This document shows, in pieces, positions 44,872 to 54,716 of a stretch of 61,497 nucleotides of DNA (position 1 is its first letter; each line of letters begins with the position of its first letter). A program made the position numbers and the translations under genes. Source of the stretch: a virus (taxonomy: Duplodnaviria; Caudoviricetes); IMG/VR virus record IMGVR_UViG_3300008258_000001, positions 1 to 61,497 of that record; one strand, 5' to 3'. The notes beneath the pieces were generated by a model. The model had not been told where the DNA came from. It saw nothing but the letters and a program-made list of their open reading frames with translations, and made no database searches.

Positions 44872-45782
44872 GCAACATCATTCCATTTGAAGGCAGCAAA
44901 CTCCCGGCGTTTCTGAAGAACGCCCAACCCACGGCGAACGAACTCGCGGCCAATGTTGGCGGCGGCGGTTTCCCAGTCATGTCCATCAAGGGCAAGCAGT
45001 TCGCACTGACCCGTGGCGGTGAGCGCAAGACCCTGATGAACCCCAACGACCCGGACGAGGTGGCAACCTCGATCAACGTCGTCATCCTAAAAGCCAACCC
45101 GAATCTGTCGAAGATCTGGTACGCCAAGGGGTACACCGAGGGCAGCGACTCGAAGCCCGACTGCTTCAGCAACGACGGCATTGCGCCCGATCCCTCCGTG
45201 GAGAAGCCGCAGTCCAAGAAGTGCTCGACCTGTTCAAAGAATGAGTGGGGCTCCAAGGTGAGCGAGGATGGCAAGAAGATGAAGGCTTGCCAAGATAGTC
45301 GCCGACTGGCTGTGGCTGCGCCTGACCGGATCAACGATCCGATCCTGCTTCGCGTGCCTGCTGCTACGCTCAAGCCGTTGGCCGAGTACGGTAACGATCT
45401 CGCCAAGCGGTCGGTTCCGTATAGCGCGGTGGTGACCAAGGTCGGTTTTGACCGTGATGCGGCTGCTCCCAAGTTGACGTTCAAGCCGGTCGGTTTCCTG
45501 TCCGAAGAACAGTACGGCGAGGTGCAGGACATCCTGAAGGATGAGGTCCTTGCGTCGATCCTCGGCAAGCCGGGTGAGGCCCCGGTGATGGCGGAAGAAA
45601 CCACGGCCGAGCCGCCGGCTCCCGCTGAGGAAGCCAAGCCCGCCAAGGTTGAGAAGCCCGTCAAGGAGGAGCCCGTGGCTGAGAAGCCCAAGGCTGCCAA
45701 GAAGCCGGAGCCCAAGGTAGTCGAGGAGGAGTCCTCGCTTGAGGCCGAACTCGAAGGGCTGCTTGACGAGTTGGACGACTAA
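44868..45782 (+). CDS. Putative single-stranded DNA-binding protein
   Basis: SIKGKQF, PDCFSNDG..P, C..C..N.WGS, KAC...RRLAV; acidic tail LLDELDD; AAGGAGG RBS. Confidence 0.7.
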   Translation: MSNIIPFEGSKLPAFLKNAQPTANELAANVGGGGFPVMSIKGKQFALTRGGERKTLMNPNDPDEVATSINVVILKANPNLSKIWYAKGYTEGSDSKPDCFSNDGIAPDPSVEKPQSKKCSTCSKNEWGSKVSEDGKKMKACQDSRRLAVAAPDRINDPILLRVPAATLKPLAEYGNDLAKRSVPYSAVVTKVGFDRDAAAPKLTFKPVGFLSEEQYGEVQDILKDEVLASILGKPGEAPVMAEETTAEPPAPAEEAKPAKVEKPVKEEPVAEKPKAAKKPEPKVVEEESSLEAELEGLLDELDD

Positions 45783-45825
45783 CACGCAGGGGCGGGCAAC
45801 CCCCGCCCCGCTATCGGAGCAAGAC

Positions 45826-46062
45826 ATGTTTCAGGTTATCGACGAAAGCGACATTCCCATTCCTCCGGTGCTCAGTGCTGGTGGTCGGGCCCCCAAGTAT
45901 CCGTTTCGCGAAATGGAAATCGGCGACATCAAACGATTCATTGCTGACATCGAAGAAGTCAAGCGCATCCAGCGAGCAGCGGCAGCGTACTCGCGGCGCA
46001 ACAAGATCAAGCTGGTGACTCGCCGTCTCCCCGATGGCGTTCGTGTTTGGAGGCCGGAATGA
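45826..46062 (+). CDS. Small DNA-binding-type protein (KYPF..ME.GD...GVRVWR), 78 aa
   Basis: GGAG RBS; motif common in phage replication modules. Confidence 0.7.
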   Translation: MFQVIDESDIPIPPVLSAGGRAPKYPFREMEIGDIKRFIADIEEVKRIQRAAAAYSRRNKIKLVTRRLPDGVRVWRPE

Positions 46063-46325
46063 TTGACTTCGCGCCTCTGGCATCCAGCAAGATCACGCAG
46101 GGTGAGTTTGCGGCTCTGGTCAAGGTCAGCCGAGTGACCGTAAGCCAGTGGATCAAGGGTACTATGGGGGTTCACGAAATGCGTAAGCCCCGGGTTGCTC
46201 GGTTACTGAGCGTGTTGGACAAAGCTACCAAGGATGCGAAGCTCCCTCTACGCGATGTACCCAGAGAAAAACGACTTGACGCGATCAAGGCGATTCTGGT
46301 CACGTATCTACGTGCGCCTGAATAA
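46059..46325 (+). CDS. XRE/Cro-like HTH protein (88 aa)
   Basis: ITQGEFAALVKVSRVTVSQWIKG. Confidence 0.75.
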   Translation: MIDFAPLASSKITQGEFAALVKVSRVTVSQWIKGTMGVHEMRKPRVARLLSVLDKATKDAKLPLRDVPREKRLDAIKAILVTYLRAPE

Positions 46326-46411
46326 CCTACACCAACAAATACACAAACCCGCTCCTCGTTGAGCGGGCCGCGTCAATCAGTTAGCCTGTAGGGCACACGT
46401 GGGGGGCCCCC

Positions 46412-49285
46412 TTGGACACAGAAGCATTCCTTTCTCATATCCTGCCATCGCAGGGTTACTTGTTCGTGTTGCACTCGGACACCGGAAAACCGCCGTTTTC
46501 CCACGAAGTAGCCGAGGACGCGCAAGAAGCTGCACAACTCGTGCACAGGTTCGTCAAAAAGAACTCCGTGTTTCACGCCTGCGCCTCGTTCAAGGAGGCG
46601 TTTGTATGGTCCACCACCGAGAAGTATTCCAACGGCAAGCCGAAGAAGAAGTGGCGCGAGCACACCAACGCTTACCTTGTGAAGTCGTTGTGGGCTGATC
46701 TGGACTGTGGCCCCACCAAGGGCTACCCGGATCAGAAAACGGCGATCACCGACGTGATGCGTTTCTGCAAAGAAACGAACGTACCGCGCCCGTTGTTCAT
46801 CAACAGCGGCACTGGCGTGCATTGTTACTGGGTGTTTGATCAGGCAGTCACGGCTGCTCAGTGGAAACGTATCGCCAACATGTGGCGCTGCGTTCTCGAT
46901 CACTTCGAGATTAAGCACGACTCTAGCTGCACCGCCGACATCTCTCGCGTTCTGCGTCCGGTAGGATCGTTCAACCGAAAGAACGACTCGCGCGAAGTCA
47001 AAGTAATCGGCTCCGTGCCGCCCGTTATTCCTGCGAAGGATATGGTCGGCCTGCTGGTTGGTCTGATCAAGGCGAACAGCATCAAGGTCACTGATTCACC
47101 GACGGCGAAAGCACGCCCGAAGGCAGACAACAGCGATCTCGGTGGTGGCATGGACTACCCGCCTTCGTCAGCGCATCAGATCGCGCAGCACTGCGCGCAG
47201 GTCAAGGAGTTCCGCGACACCCTTGGCAACGTCGACGAGCCAGTGTGGTACGCCATGCTTGGACTGCTGAAGCACACGGTTGAGAACGACGCCATCTGCC
47301 ACGAGTGGAGCGCCGGCCATTCGAGTTACGACTTCAACGACACACAGAACAAGATCAACCAATGGGTGCATGGCCCCACCACGTGCAGCAAGTTCTCCGC
47401 GTTGAACTCCAAGGGGTGCGATGGGTGCCCGCACAGTAAGAAGGTCTCCAGCCCGATCCAGCTTGGCACCGTTGTGCCGGAGAGCAAAGAGATCGTGGAG
47501 GAGGACGACTCGACCGGAGAGGTCGAAGAACTCCCGAAGATCCCTCGCCACATGGCGGAGAAGTTCGTTTGGACTGGGAACAACCTGTGCATTTTCACCC
47601 GCACTGAAGATGGCGTCATTGAGCACGTTCCGTTCAGCGCGATGTATCTGTACCCGAAGCAATACTCACGCAACGTCGCCAACAAGATGGACATGACTTG
47701 GGTGCTTAGAGAGCGTCCGGGACGGTACAGGGAGTTCGAGTTGCCGGGTGAGGTGATCGGGGTCGGCGGCCGAGACCTGTCGGCCAAGTTAGGGCAGCAA
47801 GGTGTGGTGTGCTCGCCCGGAGGAAAGAAAGCGATGGAGCAGTACATCACAGAGTGGTTTAACGTGATGCGTGGGACCGTCGATGAAGTCGCGGCGTACA
47901 CCACTTTTGGCTGGCACAAGGAAGGGTTTCTTCTCGGCGATACGCTGTTTAAGGCAGACGGCTCGCACATGCGCGTCCGAGTTCAAGGTGACGCCGAGCG
48001 GTACGCAGAGGCGTTCCAGCCGAAGGGTTCACTTCAGGAGTGGATCGACAAAGTTGACGCGCTGTACAACCGGCCGAGCCATGAGCAGTTCCAGTGGATG
48101 ATGGCAACCGGGTTTGGCGCGCCGCTGGTCAAGCTGCTCGGTGGTATCGCTGGCTGCATCATCAACGGCTACAGCAGTGAGTCCGGCCTTGGTAAATCCA
48201 CCGCTGGTATGGTGGGCCTTGGCATGTACGGAGACCCGCACAAGCTGATGCTGGCTAAGAACCAAGCAACCACGAAGGGGCTGTTCGCCTACGTGGGGAT
48301 GATGAACTCCCTGCCAGTTTTGCTCGACGAAGTTACCAACACCAAAGGGTACGAGTTCTCTGATCTGGCGTACACGTTCTCCAACGCTACGGGTCGAGTC
48401 GGCGCTCAGTCTGACGGGTCGTTGCGCGCCAACGTATACGGGTGGAACACGCTTCTTCAGTGCACGTCCAACCGAGCCATCCAGCCGACGATCGCCGCAT
48501 CCAAGGTGGATGCGACTCCAGAGATCGCCCGTGTCTTTGAGTACAAGTTTGTGCGCCCCACGGGGACGATGACCAAGCTGGACGCGGACGATCTGATCCC
48601 GTCGCTGATGGCTAACTGCGGCCATGCGGGGCGGGTGTTCATTCAGTACGTGGTGCAAAACCAAGAGGACGTTCGTACGCTCCTGTCCAAGACTCGGCGG
48701 ATCATCTCCAAGAAAGGCAACGTCGGGCAACAGGAACGATTCTGGCTGGCCGGCATGACCGTCATAGTTACTGGCGTTCTGATTGCCAAGAAACTGGGGT
48801 TGGTCAAGTTCGACGTGGCGGCCCTGCTTGATTGGGCACTTCGTCAGGTCCGGTCAATGCGTGATCTGGTTGGCGAGACAGAGACCAACGTGCTCGATCA
48901 GTTTGGCGTGATGCTCAACGAGTTGTCCAACGGCTTCCTTGTGACGGACAAAGAAGGGGACGCGCGAGCCAACGAGGCTCGGGCTCTGGTTCTCCACTCC
49001 CCCCGTGGCGAACTGGTCGGGCGAGTTGTCGCCTCCAGCAATACGCTGTACCTGCCTGTCAGCGTGGTGAGGAAGTGGTGCAGTGAGAACCAAGCGGACT
49101 ACCGGGAGATGACCAACGCGCTCGTAGCGATGCAGTGGGCGTCGATGGAACCCAAGTCCATCTCTCTTGGCAAGGGCACCCACGACTACGCGACTGCCCC
49201 GAGCCGTTGCTACAAGATTGATCTCGCACAAGCGGGCGGCCAGTTGAGCGCCGCCGCACAAGTCGTTCAGCTTCGTACGGCATAG
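46412..49285 (+). CDS. Primase (primase-polymerase/RepB-like + PriCT-2) fused to DUF927 helicase
   Basis: LWADLD, NSGTGVHCYW, SRVLRPVG, EPVWYA.LG...WS, Walker A SGLGKST, LLDEVT; TTG start. Confidence 0.85.
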   Translation: MDTEAFLSHILPSQGYLFVLHSDTGKPPFSHEVAEDAQEAAQLVHRFVKKNSVFHACASFKEAFVWSTTEKYSNGKPKKKWREHTNAYLVKSLWADLDCGPTKGYPDQKTAITDVMRFCKETNVPRPLFINSGTGVHCYWVFDQAVTAAQWKRIANMWRCVLDHFEIKHDSSCTADISRVLRPVGSFNRKNDSREVKVIGSVPPVIPAKDMVGLLVGLIKANSIKVTDSPTAKARPKADNSDLGGGMDYPPSSAHQIAQHCAQVKEFRDTLGNVDEPVWYAMLGLLKHTVENDAICHEWSAGHSSYDFNDTQNKINQWVHGPTTCSKFSALNSKGCDGCPHSKKVSSPIQLGTVVPESKEIVEEDDSTGEVEELPKIPRHMAEKFVWTGNNLCIFTRTEDGVIEHVPFSAMYLYPKQYSRNVANKMDMTWVLRERPGRYREFELPGEVIGVGGRDLSAKLGQQGVVCSPGGKKAMEQYITEWFNVMRGTVDEVAAYTTFGWHKEGFLLGDTLFKADGSHMRVRVQGDAERYAEAFQPKGSLQEWIDKVDALYNRPSHEQFQWMMATGFGAPLVKLLGGIAGCIINGYSSESGLGKSTAGMVGLGMYGDPHKLMLAKNQATTKGLFAYVGMMNSLPVLLDEVTNTKGYEFSDLAYTFSNATGRVGAQSDGSLRANVYGWNTLLQCTSNRAIQPTIAASKVDATPEIARVFEYKFVRPTGTMTKLDADDLIPSLMANCGHAGRVFIQYVVQNQEDVRTLLSKTRRIISKKGNVGQQERFWLAGMTVIVTGVLIAKKLGLVKFDVAALLDWALRQVRSMRDLVGETETNVLDQFGVMLNELSNGFLVTDKEGDARANEARALVLHSPRGELVGRVVASSNTLYLPVSVVRKWCSENQADYREMTNALVAMQWASMEPKSISLGKGTHDYATAPSRCYKIDLAQAGGQLSAAAQVVQLRTA

Positions 49286-49313
49286 TTGCACCGGAGCCGC
49301 AGCACTGTACAAT
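49286..49313 (+). promoter_or_regulatory. sigma70-like promoter after the primase stop, facing a terminator
   Basis: TTGCAC-N16-TACAAT. Confidence 0.55.
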
Positions 49314-49319
49314 GCCCCT

Positions 49320-49375
49320 GTCTCCTCAGCGCCCCCCTGCGCTGTCACCCCCGGGTAACCCCCGGGGGTTTTTTT
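49320..49375 (+). ncRNA. Candidate ~55-nt small RNA with 5' anti-Shine-Dalgarno (UCUCCU)
   Basis: Promoter + TCTCCT + hairpin CAGCGC/GCGCTG + terminator. Confidence 0.45.
49347..49375 (+). terminator. Rho-independent terminator at the convergence of the early and late arms
   Basis: ACCCCCGGG-TAACC-CCCGGGGGT-TTTTTT. Confidence 0.88.
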
Positions 49376-52300
49376 ATTGCAGTGCGAACCGACCGACCTC
49401 GCCCATCTTCTGGTTGGTGTTGCCGCCAACCGTGGCGTACTTCTTCTCAGTCTTGGCTCGCTCGCGCTCGAAGCGGAACAACTCGGATTTGGTGATCGGC
49501 TCAAGACCGTTGCGCGCCCGTACCGGGTTGGTCTTGGTTTTGATCTCCTGCCAGATTTCCTCGGCACGGGCGTTGTCCCCGTCACGGCGAGCTTCCAGCC
49601 AATCCTTCTTGTACTCAGATGCGGTGGCTGCCATCTTGGACTTCTTGCCCTCAATGGCGGCGCGGGCCTCGTAGCTCTCAGTGATCCGTGCGGCGGGTAC
49701 GCCTGCTGCCTGAAGCGCCACGTCCCAAGCAGAGATGGCTTCCCGATCCAGTGCCACCGTGCCTTGCTTAGTGGTAACGCCTTCTTCAGCAAACCGGCCA
49801 GCGCGAATCGGATCAGAGATCCACTTGGGAAGAAGTTGTTCCGTTCCCTTGATGAAGTCACCCTTGGCGAAGAAGCTGGCCGCCTCTCCGAACTGGGGCA
49901 GGATTCCACCAGCAAATGGGCCGGCGGCGGCAGCGAGCAACTCCAGCACGAAGTCCCGCCCCTTCTTGTCGTCGCGCAGCGTGGGGACTGGGTTGAGCAG
50001 ATCGCCCAGACCGACCTTCTTGGACATGTCGGCGTTCACGAGCGTAGGCAAACCTTTGGACAACGCTGCACCGGCTTCTTTGCCAAACGTATCAGCCAGA
50101 TAGTTGCGCAGCGCGACCTCAGAGTCCCAAGGCTCGTCGTCATCGCCGAAGGCCTTAGACACGATGTTGGCTAGGGTCAGCGCCAGACCAAACCCCGGCA
50201 TGCCGAGAACACCGCCGACAGCGAGGTGGGTCATCATCACGCCGAAGATCTGGGCCTTGGCTTCTTTCTTGGCGATCTTGTCACCACTTGCCATGGCAGC
50301 GGCGGCTTTGACGAACAGGGAGATCATGCCCAGTTGGTACTTCTTGAACTGGAACAGAATCTTGTTCATCGGCACCGTGCCCGGCTTCATCCAGTACGGA
50401 GCGTTCTCCACCGAGTAATCGAAGTGCGTGTCCGCCAGAACTCGTTTCGCGTAGGCAGTGGCTCCATCAACACCAGACTTGGATTTCTCCAGACGGTAGG
50501 CGGCGAGCGCCGTACTGATCCGGTTCAGCACCTCGACGAAGTGCGAGGGCTTCGCCATGAGCGAGGCAAACTTCGAGGTCGGCATTCCGTCTGCGGTGCG
50601 GGCGAGGTCCGCGACCATGGTGACATTGAGCAAGCGATTACGAAGCATATCGTTCAGCATCGCTACTTCATCAGCGGGCAGTCCGGCGTTCTCGAAGTTG
50701 ATCTCGCCACGGCCAAGACTGGCTTTCAAACTGGCGGCGACCATCTTGCTGGTCTGCGACCATGCCTTCGCGAAGGCCGCGTTCGACTTCGCGCCGTGTC
50801 GCGCCCACATCATCGGCAGAGACACCGTAAACGGCTGCGTCATGTTGGCGAACAGATAGCCGGGCGAGATACCGAGCTTGTAGATGTATGTGAACCCGGC
50901 AAGCGCGTCTTGGATTGGCGTGTCTACATAACGCAGCGAAGCCGCCAGCCTACGAGCCAACTCGTTGTGCACGCGTTTTAGTTCAACGTCCTTTCTGTCA
51001 TCCGCGTCCCGGTAGGCGACGTTGAGCGCCTCGCTAATTTTATCGCCGAACTCCATGCGTGATAGGTAGAACGAGTCGCGCAGCATCGTGGTGATGATGG
51101 CCCGCTCCATGTCGCGGTCGAAACCGGCGACGTTCTTACGCTTGGCTTGGCGAAGGATCGCACTGCGTTCCGGCAGAGTTTGCAAGAACACCTCGTACAT
51201 CGCCTTCTTGGCTTCCCGCAGGGCAGATGTATCACCACGAGCCCGCAGGCCAGCGGCCAACGACTCCTCAAGCCTAGTCAACATCGTGCGGCTGATCGGG
51301 TTCAACTCGCGCAGGTTCTCGCGCTTCAAATCAACGGTGCCCTTGATCTCTTTGGCGTGCCGGCGGGCTTCGCTTTCTGACTCGAACTGCGCCACGTAGT
51401 AGTCGGTCTCGCTGGACTTCATTCCGTCCAGCTTAGATTGCAGATCGTTGTAGATCTTGCGGGCAGACTTGATCTGCGCAGCTTCTTCCTCGGTGTACTC
51501 GCCAATGACTTCTTGACCCGCAGCTTTGAGCTTCTTGTTGGCCTCGCGGATCGCCTTGAGTTGCTCGGCTGTATGTTTGTCGTACTTGGCGTAAAGCGCT
51601 TCCAACGCTTTGTCCGCGGTGACAACTTCGTCTTGGAGCTTGGTGAACTTGTCGGACTTGCGCACCACAACCCACTCGCCGAATCGCAGCATGGGGAAGT
51701 AGTCGCCGGAGATCTGACCCAAGCGTTTATTGGTGTCGTCCAAGAACGCTCGCCGCTGGCGCTCAAGCTGGCGTACCTGCGAATCGTTACCGGCCTCACG
51801 GGCGGCTTTGATAAGCGGGTTGTAGACCTCATCGGCCGTGCGAGCCAAAAGATCACCACGTCGCTTCCAGTTGTCAGCCAGCCCGTCACGAGCAACACGG
51901 TAGGCCGCTTTCTGTTTGGCGGACATCTTGGCAAACCGGTCTTGCAACTCTTTGACCTTGGGGCTCACCACCTTCTTACCGTCGACGGTGGTACTCAGGT
52001 GATCGTTGTTGCGGTTCTCATTGGGCTCGATCACAACGTCGGCGGCAGTTACGTCCGCCATGAACTCCATGAGTTGCTTGCGCTCTTGCGCTGGCAGGCC
52101 GGTGAACGCCTCTTGCACTTTGGTCGCGGCTTCCTGAAGGTCCGCCGCGCGGGCGCTCATATCGAACGTGGTCTTGACGAACTCGTTCACGCCTTTGAGT
52201 TTCTCGCCGAAGCGCGACCCGAGATCACGCAGGAACGACGAGGCCAGCACAAACTCCTTGGCTTTGCCCAGACCGTCGACCGAGAGCTTGTCCGCCATGT

Positions 52301-53582
52301 CGTTGACTGCCTCACGGGCAGTGCGGTACTGGGTTCCGTACGTGGCGGTATATGACCCGACAGACGCTTTCACCGTGTCCATCACGAACTGGCGCAGCGG
52401 GTCGATCGGTGCGGAACGCAAATACTGCGCGAGCTTGGTAAGCCCCAACCGGTCAGCGATGTCGGCAAAGATGTTGCCCAGCTTGCGAACCAGTGACGGC
52501 GTGAAGTCGTTGGCCGTAAAGGTCTCGGCCATCTCCGCAAGAGCTTCTTCGACTGCCAGCGCGCGAGCGTCCTGCTGGCTCATCTTGGCGGTGTCTTTTT
52601 TGCCGTAATCAGTTTTGAGATACGCGTCAGCCAGAGCGCGTACTTCCGCGCTCTGGTCATACATGCGGTTCATGAAGGCCGTGTACTCAGCCTTGGGCAG
52701 AAGGTTTCTCAAACCCTTGTGGAACAACTCGTGAAACACAGTCTTGAGCCCCTCGACACCATCTGGGATGCCGTCGCGGAACAGGTACGCTACACCTTTC
52801 AAAGTACCCCCGGCACGAGTACCGGGCTTTTGCGTGGAGTCGATGTCTGTGACTGACTCAAGGATCGTGATGCCGCTGTCGCCGCCCAATGCCTTGTTGA
52901 CTTGCTCAACAATGCGGTTGAGTTCTTGGATCGAGATCGACTTGCGCGGCGGCTGCGCGCCGGTCTCGGTGCGGAATTTGATGCGCTCTTTCCAGTCTTT
53001 AATCTCCGCATCGGCTCCGTCGAGGTCGCCACTGTCCAATAGCTTCTCAATCGCAGCCGCATCACTGACAAACATGTCCTTGCTGATACGGGCGAGCGAG
53101 CGGCGCAAACGGGCTTCCCGCTCCTTGGGGGCCTCCGGGGTGTTATCGGTCAGATCACTGTTCTTGGTCTCGGTCGCAAGTTCCTCCGCCAGTGCCATGG
53201 TTGGCTTGCCTTGCTCCACTGCGTCTGCCCACTTGGCTTTTGCTGCGTCGGGGAGCGAACCCCACAACACGCCTTTTGGTGCGTACTGAGACCATTGGTT
53301 CTGGCCGAGACGCAAGCGCCCCATCTCTAGCGCCTTCTTGACGCCCTCGCTTTGCTCGGATTCCGGTGCCTTGGTTTCAACCTTGGCTTCTGGCTCAACG
53401 CCCTGCTCAAGACTCTGGATGTCCTGCTCCAAGGTCTTGATGATGTCCTGTGCGGCACGGATGTAGTGCGAGTCCGCCAGCTTCTTGTCACCCGCGAGTT
53501 CTTTTGCGCGAGAATCCAGCGCGTCGAAGTCCTCGACTGAGAAGTCTTTAGTGACGGCCAAACATTGCTTGAGGGTGCCCAT
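49374..53582 (-). CDS. Large polyvalent internal virion/ejection protein (~1400 aa) with HExxH metallopeptidase-like and PLxRFG domains
   Basis: FHELFH...EEALAEMAE; YFPMLRFG; ATG 53582 (MGTLKQCL). Confidence 0.75.
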   Translation of the reverse strand: MGTLKQCLAVTKDFSVEDFDALDSRAKELAGDKKLADSHYIRAAQDIIKTLEQDIQSLEQGVEPEAKVETKAPESEQSEGVKKALEMGRLRLGQNQWSQYAPKGVLWGSLPDAAKAKWADAVEQGKPTMALAEELATETKNSDLTDNTPEAPKEREARLRRSLARISKDMFVSDAAAIEKLLDSGDLDGADAEIKDWKERIKFRTETGAQPPRKSISIQELNRIVEQVNKALGGDSGITILESVTDIDSTQKPGTRAGGTLKGVAYLFRDGIPDGVEGLKTVFHELFHKGLRNLLPKAEYTAFMNRMYDQSAEVRALADAYLKTDYGKKDTAKMSQQDARALAVEEALAEMAETFTANDFTPSLVRKLGNIFADIADRLGLTKLAQYLRSAPIDPLRQFVMDTVKASVGSYTATYGTQYRTAREAVNDMADKLSVDGLGKAKEFVLASSFLRDLGSRFGEKLKGVNEFVKTTFDMSARAADLQEAATKVQEAFTGLPAQERKQLMEFMADVTAADVVIEPNENRNNDHLSTTVDGKKVVSPKVKELQDRFAKMSAKQKAAYRVARDGLADNWKRRGDLLARTADEVYNPLIKAAREAGNDSQVRQLERQRRAFLDDTNKRLGQISGDYFPMLRFGEWVVVRKSDKFTKLQDEVVTADKALEALYAKYDKHTAEQLKAIREANKKLKAAGQEVIGEYTEEEAAQIKSARKIYNDLQSKLDGMKSSETDYYVAQFESESEARRHAKEIKGTVDLKRENLRELNPISRTMLTRLEESLAAGLRARGDTSALREAKKAMYEVFLQTLPERSAILRQAKRKNVAGFDRDMERAIITTMLRDSFYLSRMEFGDKISEALNVAYRDADDRKDVELKRVHNELARRLAASLRYVDTPIQDALAGFTYIYKLGISPGYLFANMTQPFTVSLPMMWARHGAKSNAAFAKAWSQTSKMVAASLKASLGRGEINFENAGLPADEVAMLNDMLRNRLLNVTMVADLARTADGMPTSKFASLMAKPSHFVEVLNRISTALAAYRLEKSKSGVDGATAYAKRVLADTHFDYSVENAPYWMKPGTVPMNKILFQFKKYQLGMISLFVKAAAAMASGDKIAKKEAKAQIFGVMMTHLAVGGVLGMPGFGLALTLANIVSKAFGDDDEPWDSEVALRNYLADTFGKEAGAALSKGLPTLVNADMSKKVGLGDLLNPVPTLRDDKKGRDFVLELLAAAAGPFAGGILPQFGEAASFFAKGDFIKGTEQLLPKWISDPIRAGRFAEEGVTTKQGTVALDREAISAWDVALQAAGVPAARITESYEARAAIEGKKSKMAATASEYKKDWLEARRDGDNARAEEIWQEIKTKTNPVRARNGLEPITKSELFRFERERAKTEKKYATVGGNTNQKMGEVGRFALQ

Positions 53583-53796
53583 CGAAGAATCCTTGTGTGA
53601 CAAGTGTGACGATCAGGTCGGTTACCAATTCGTCGTCACGTAGCAAATGATTGTACGCAGTTCGATTGAATGCGCCAGCCTTACCTTGCGTGGTATCCCA
53701 AACGTAGTCTTGGACGGGCGCAAAGCCCTGAACAGCGACTAGAGTCGCGGCAAACCCAATGCCTTGAAGCGCTACGGCACGGGGGTTCAGCATCAC
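53548..53796 (-). CDS. Hypothetical virion-module protein (82 aa)
   Basis: Coupled ORF (LNPRAVALQGIG). Confidence 0.6.
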   Translation of the reverse strand: MMLNPRAVALQGIGFAATLVAVQGFAPVQDYVWDTTQGKAGAFNRTAYNHLLRDDELVTDLIVTLVTQGFFDGHPQAMFGRH

Positions 53797-54710
53797 TGCC
53801 TCGTGACGGTAGTAACCGAGCCGCTAGTAACCATGGATTGGGCGATAACGCCGGCTGTCCTAGTTGTGGGAGTGACAGACAATGTAACCGTCAGGCCGTG
53901 CAGGGCCGCCAGTTCCTCAATCATAGCCCCGGGGTCGACGTCTGTGTACGTTGCATGAGCTGTGGTGGAGATACTCACCACGCCCCCGGCTTCTGAGACC
54001 GACTGCTGCACCACGCCAGACGATCGGGCGTCCGCTCCAACGACGAGCGGTGAAGGACCAAGACCGTGCAACAGGTAAATCTCGAACAATTGCCGCGCCT
54101 GCTCGGCGGTGATGACGTACCGGTCAGGAGAGACGCGCGGGGAGTAGAACGTGCTCTGGTTGGTGTACAGCCCCGGGAAAACCGGTGCAATCGGTCGAGT
54201 GACCGTGGGAGCGTAGAACGTGTTGGTGTTGTCGTACCTAGCCGGAGCCAGTGTGTATGTACTGACGACCGTCGGCGCAAAGAACTGACTGGTGTTGTCG
54301 TACCGGGCTGGGGCGGTAGTAACCGCGCCGGCGGTGACAGCGGGTGCAAAGAACTGGCTGGTATTGTCGTACCGCTGAGGCGCGACCGTCGCAGGCCCGA
54401 TTGTGACCGTGACCGCGTAGAACTGACTGGTGTTGTCGTACCGGGCGGGCTGAAGAACCGTACCGCCCTGAGTGACCGAGGGCGAGTAGAACTCGCTTGT
54501 ATTGTCGTACCGTGAAGCAGTGAGCGTTACTCCGCCGGCGGTGACCGTAGCGGTGTAGACAGTGCTGGTATTCGCATACAGCCCGGGCGTGAGCGTGACC
54601 GCTCCGGGCGTGACTGTAGCTGCAAAGAAGGTGCTGCTATTGTCGTACCGAGCGGGGGCGAGGTTCTGTGTGGCAGAACCACCGCCCTTAAATAACAGCA
54701 GCAATGACAT
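53793..54710 (-). CDS. Repeat-containing structural protein (305 aa)
   Basis: About nine 20-21-aa repeats of the form L.PARYDNTSQF(F/Y)APTVT. Confidence 0.7.
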   Translation of the reverse strand: MSLLLLFKGGGSATQNLAPARYDNSSTFFAATVTPGAVTLTPGLYANTSTVYTATVTAGGVTLTASRYDNTSEFYSPSVTQGGTVLQPARYDNTSQFYAVTVTIGPATVAPQRYDNTSQFFAPAVTAGAVTTAPARYDNTSQFFAPTVVSTYTLAPARYDNTNTFYAPTVTRPIAPVFPGLYTNQSTFYSPRVSPDRYVITAEQARQLFEIYLLHGLGPSPLVVGADARSSGVVQQSVSEAGGVVSISTTAHATYTDVDPGAMIEELAALHGLTVTLSVTPTTRTAGVIAQSMVTSGSVTTVTRQ

Positions 54711-54716
54711 GGCGCT

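Noticed and set aside
46401-46411. GGGGGGCCCCC palindrome before the primase TTG as a regulatory switch
   Set aside because: Single short occurrence; could simply be a G-rich RBS; no further support.
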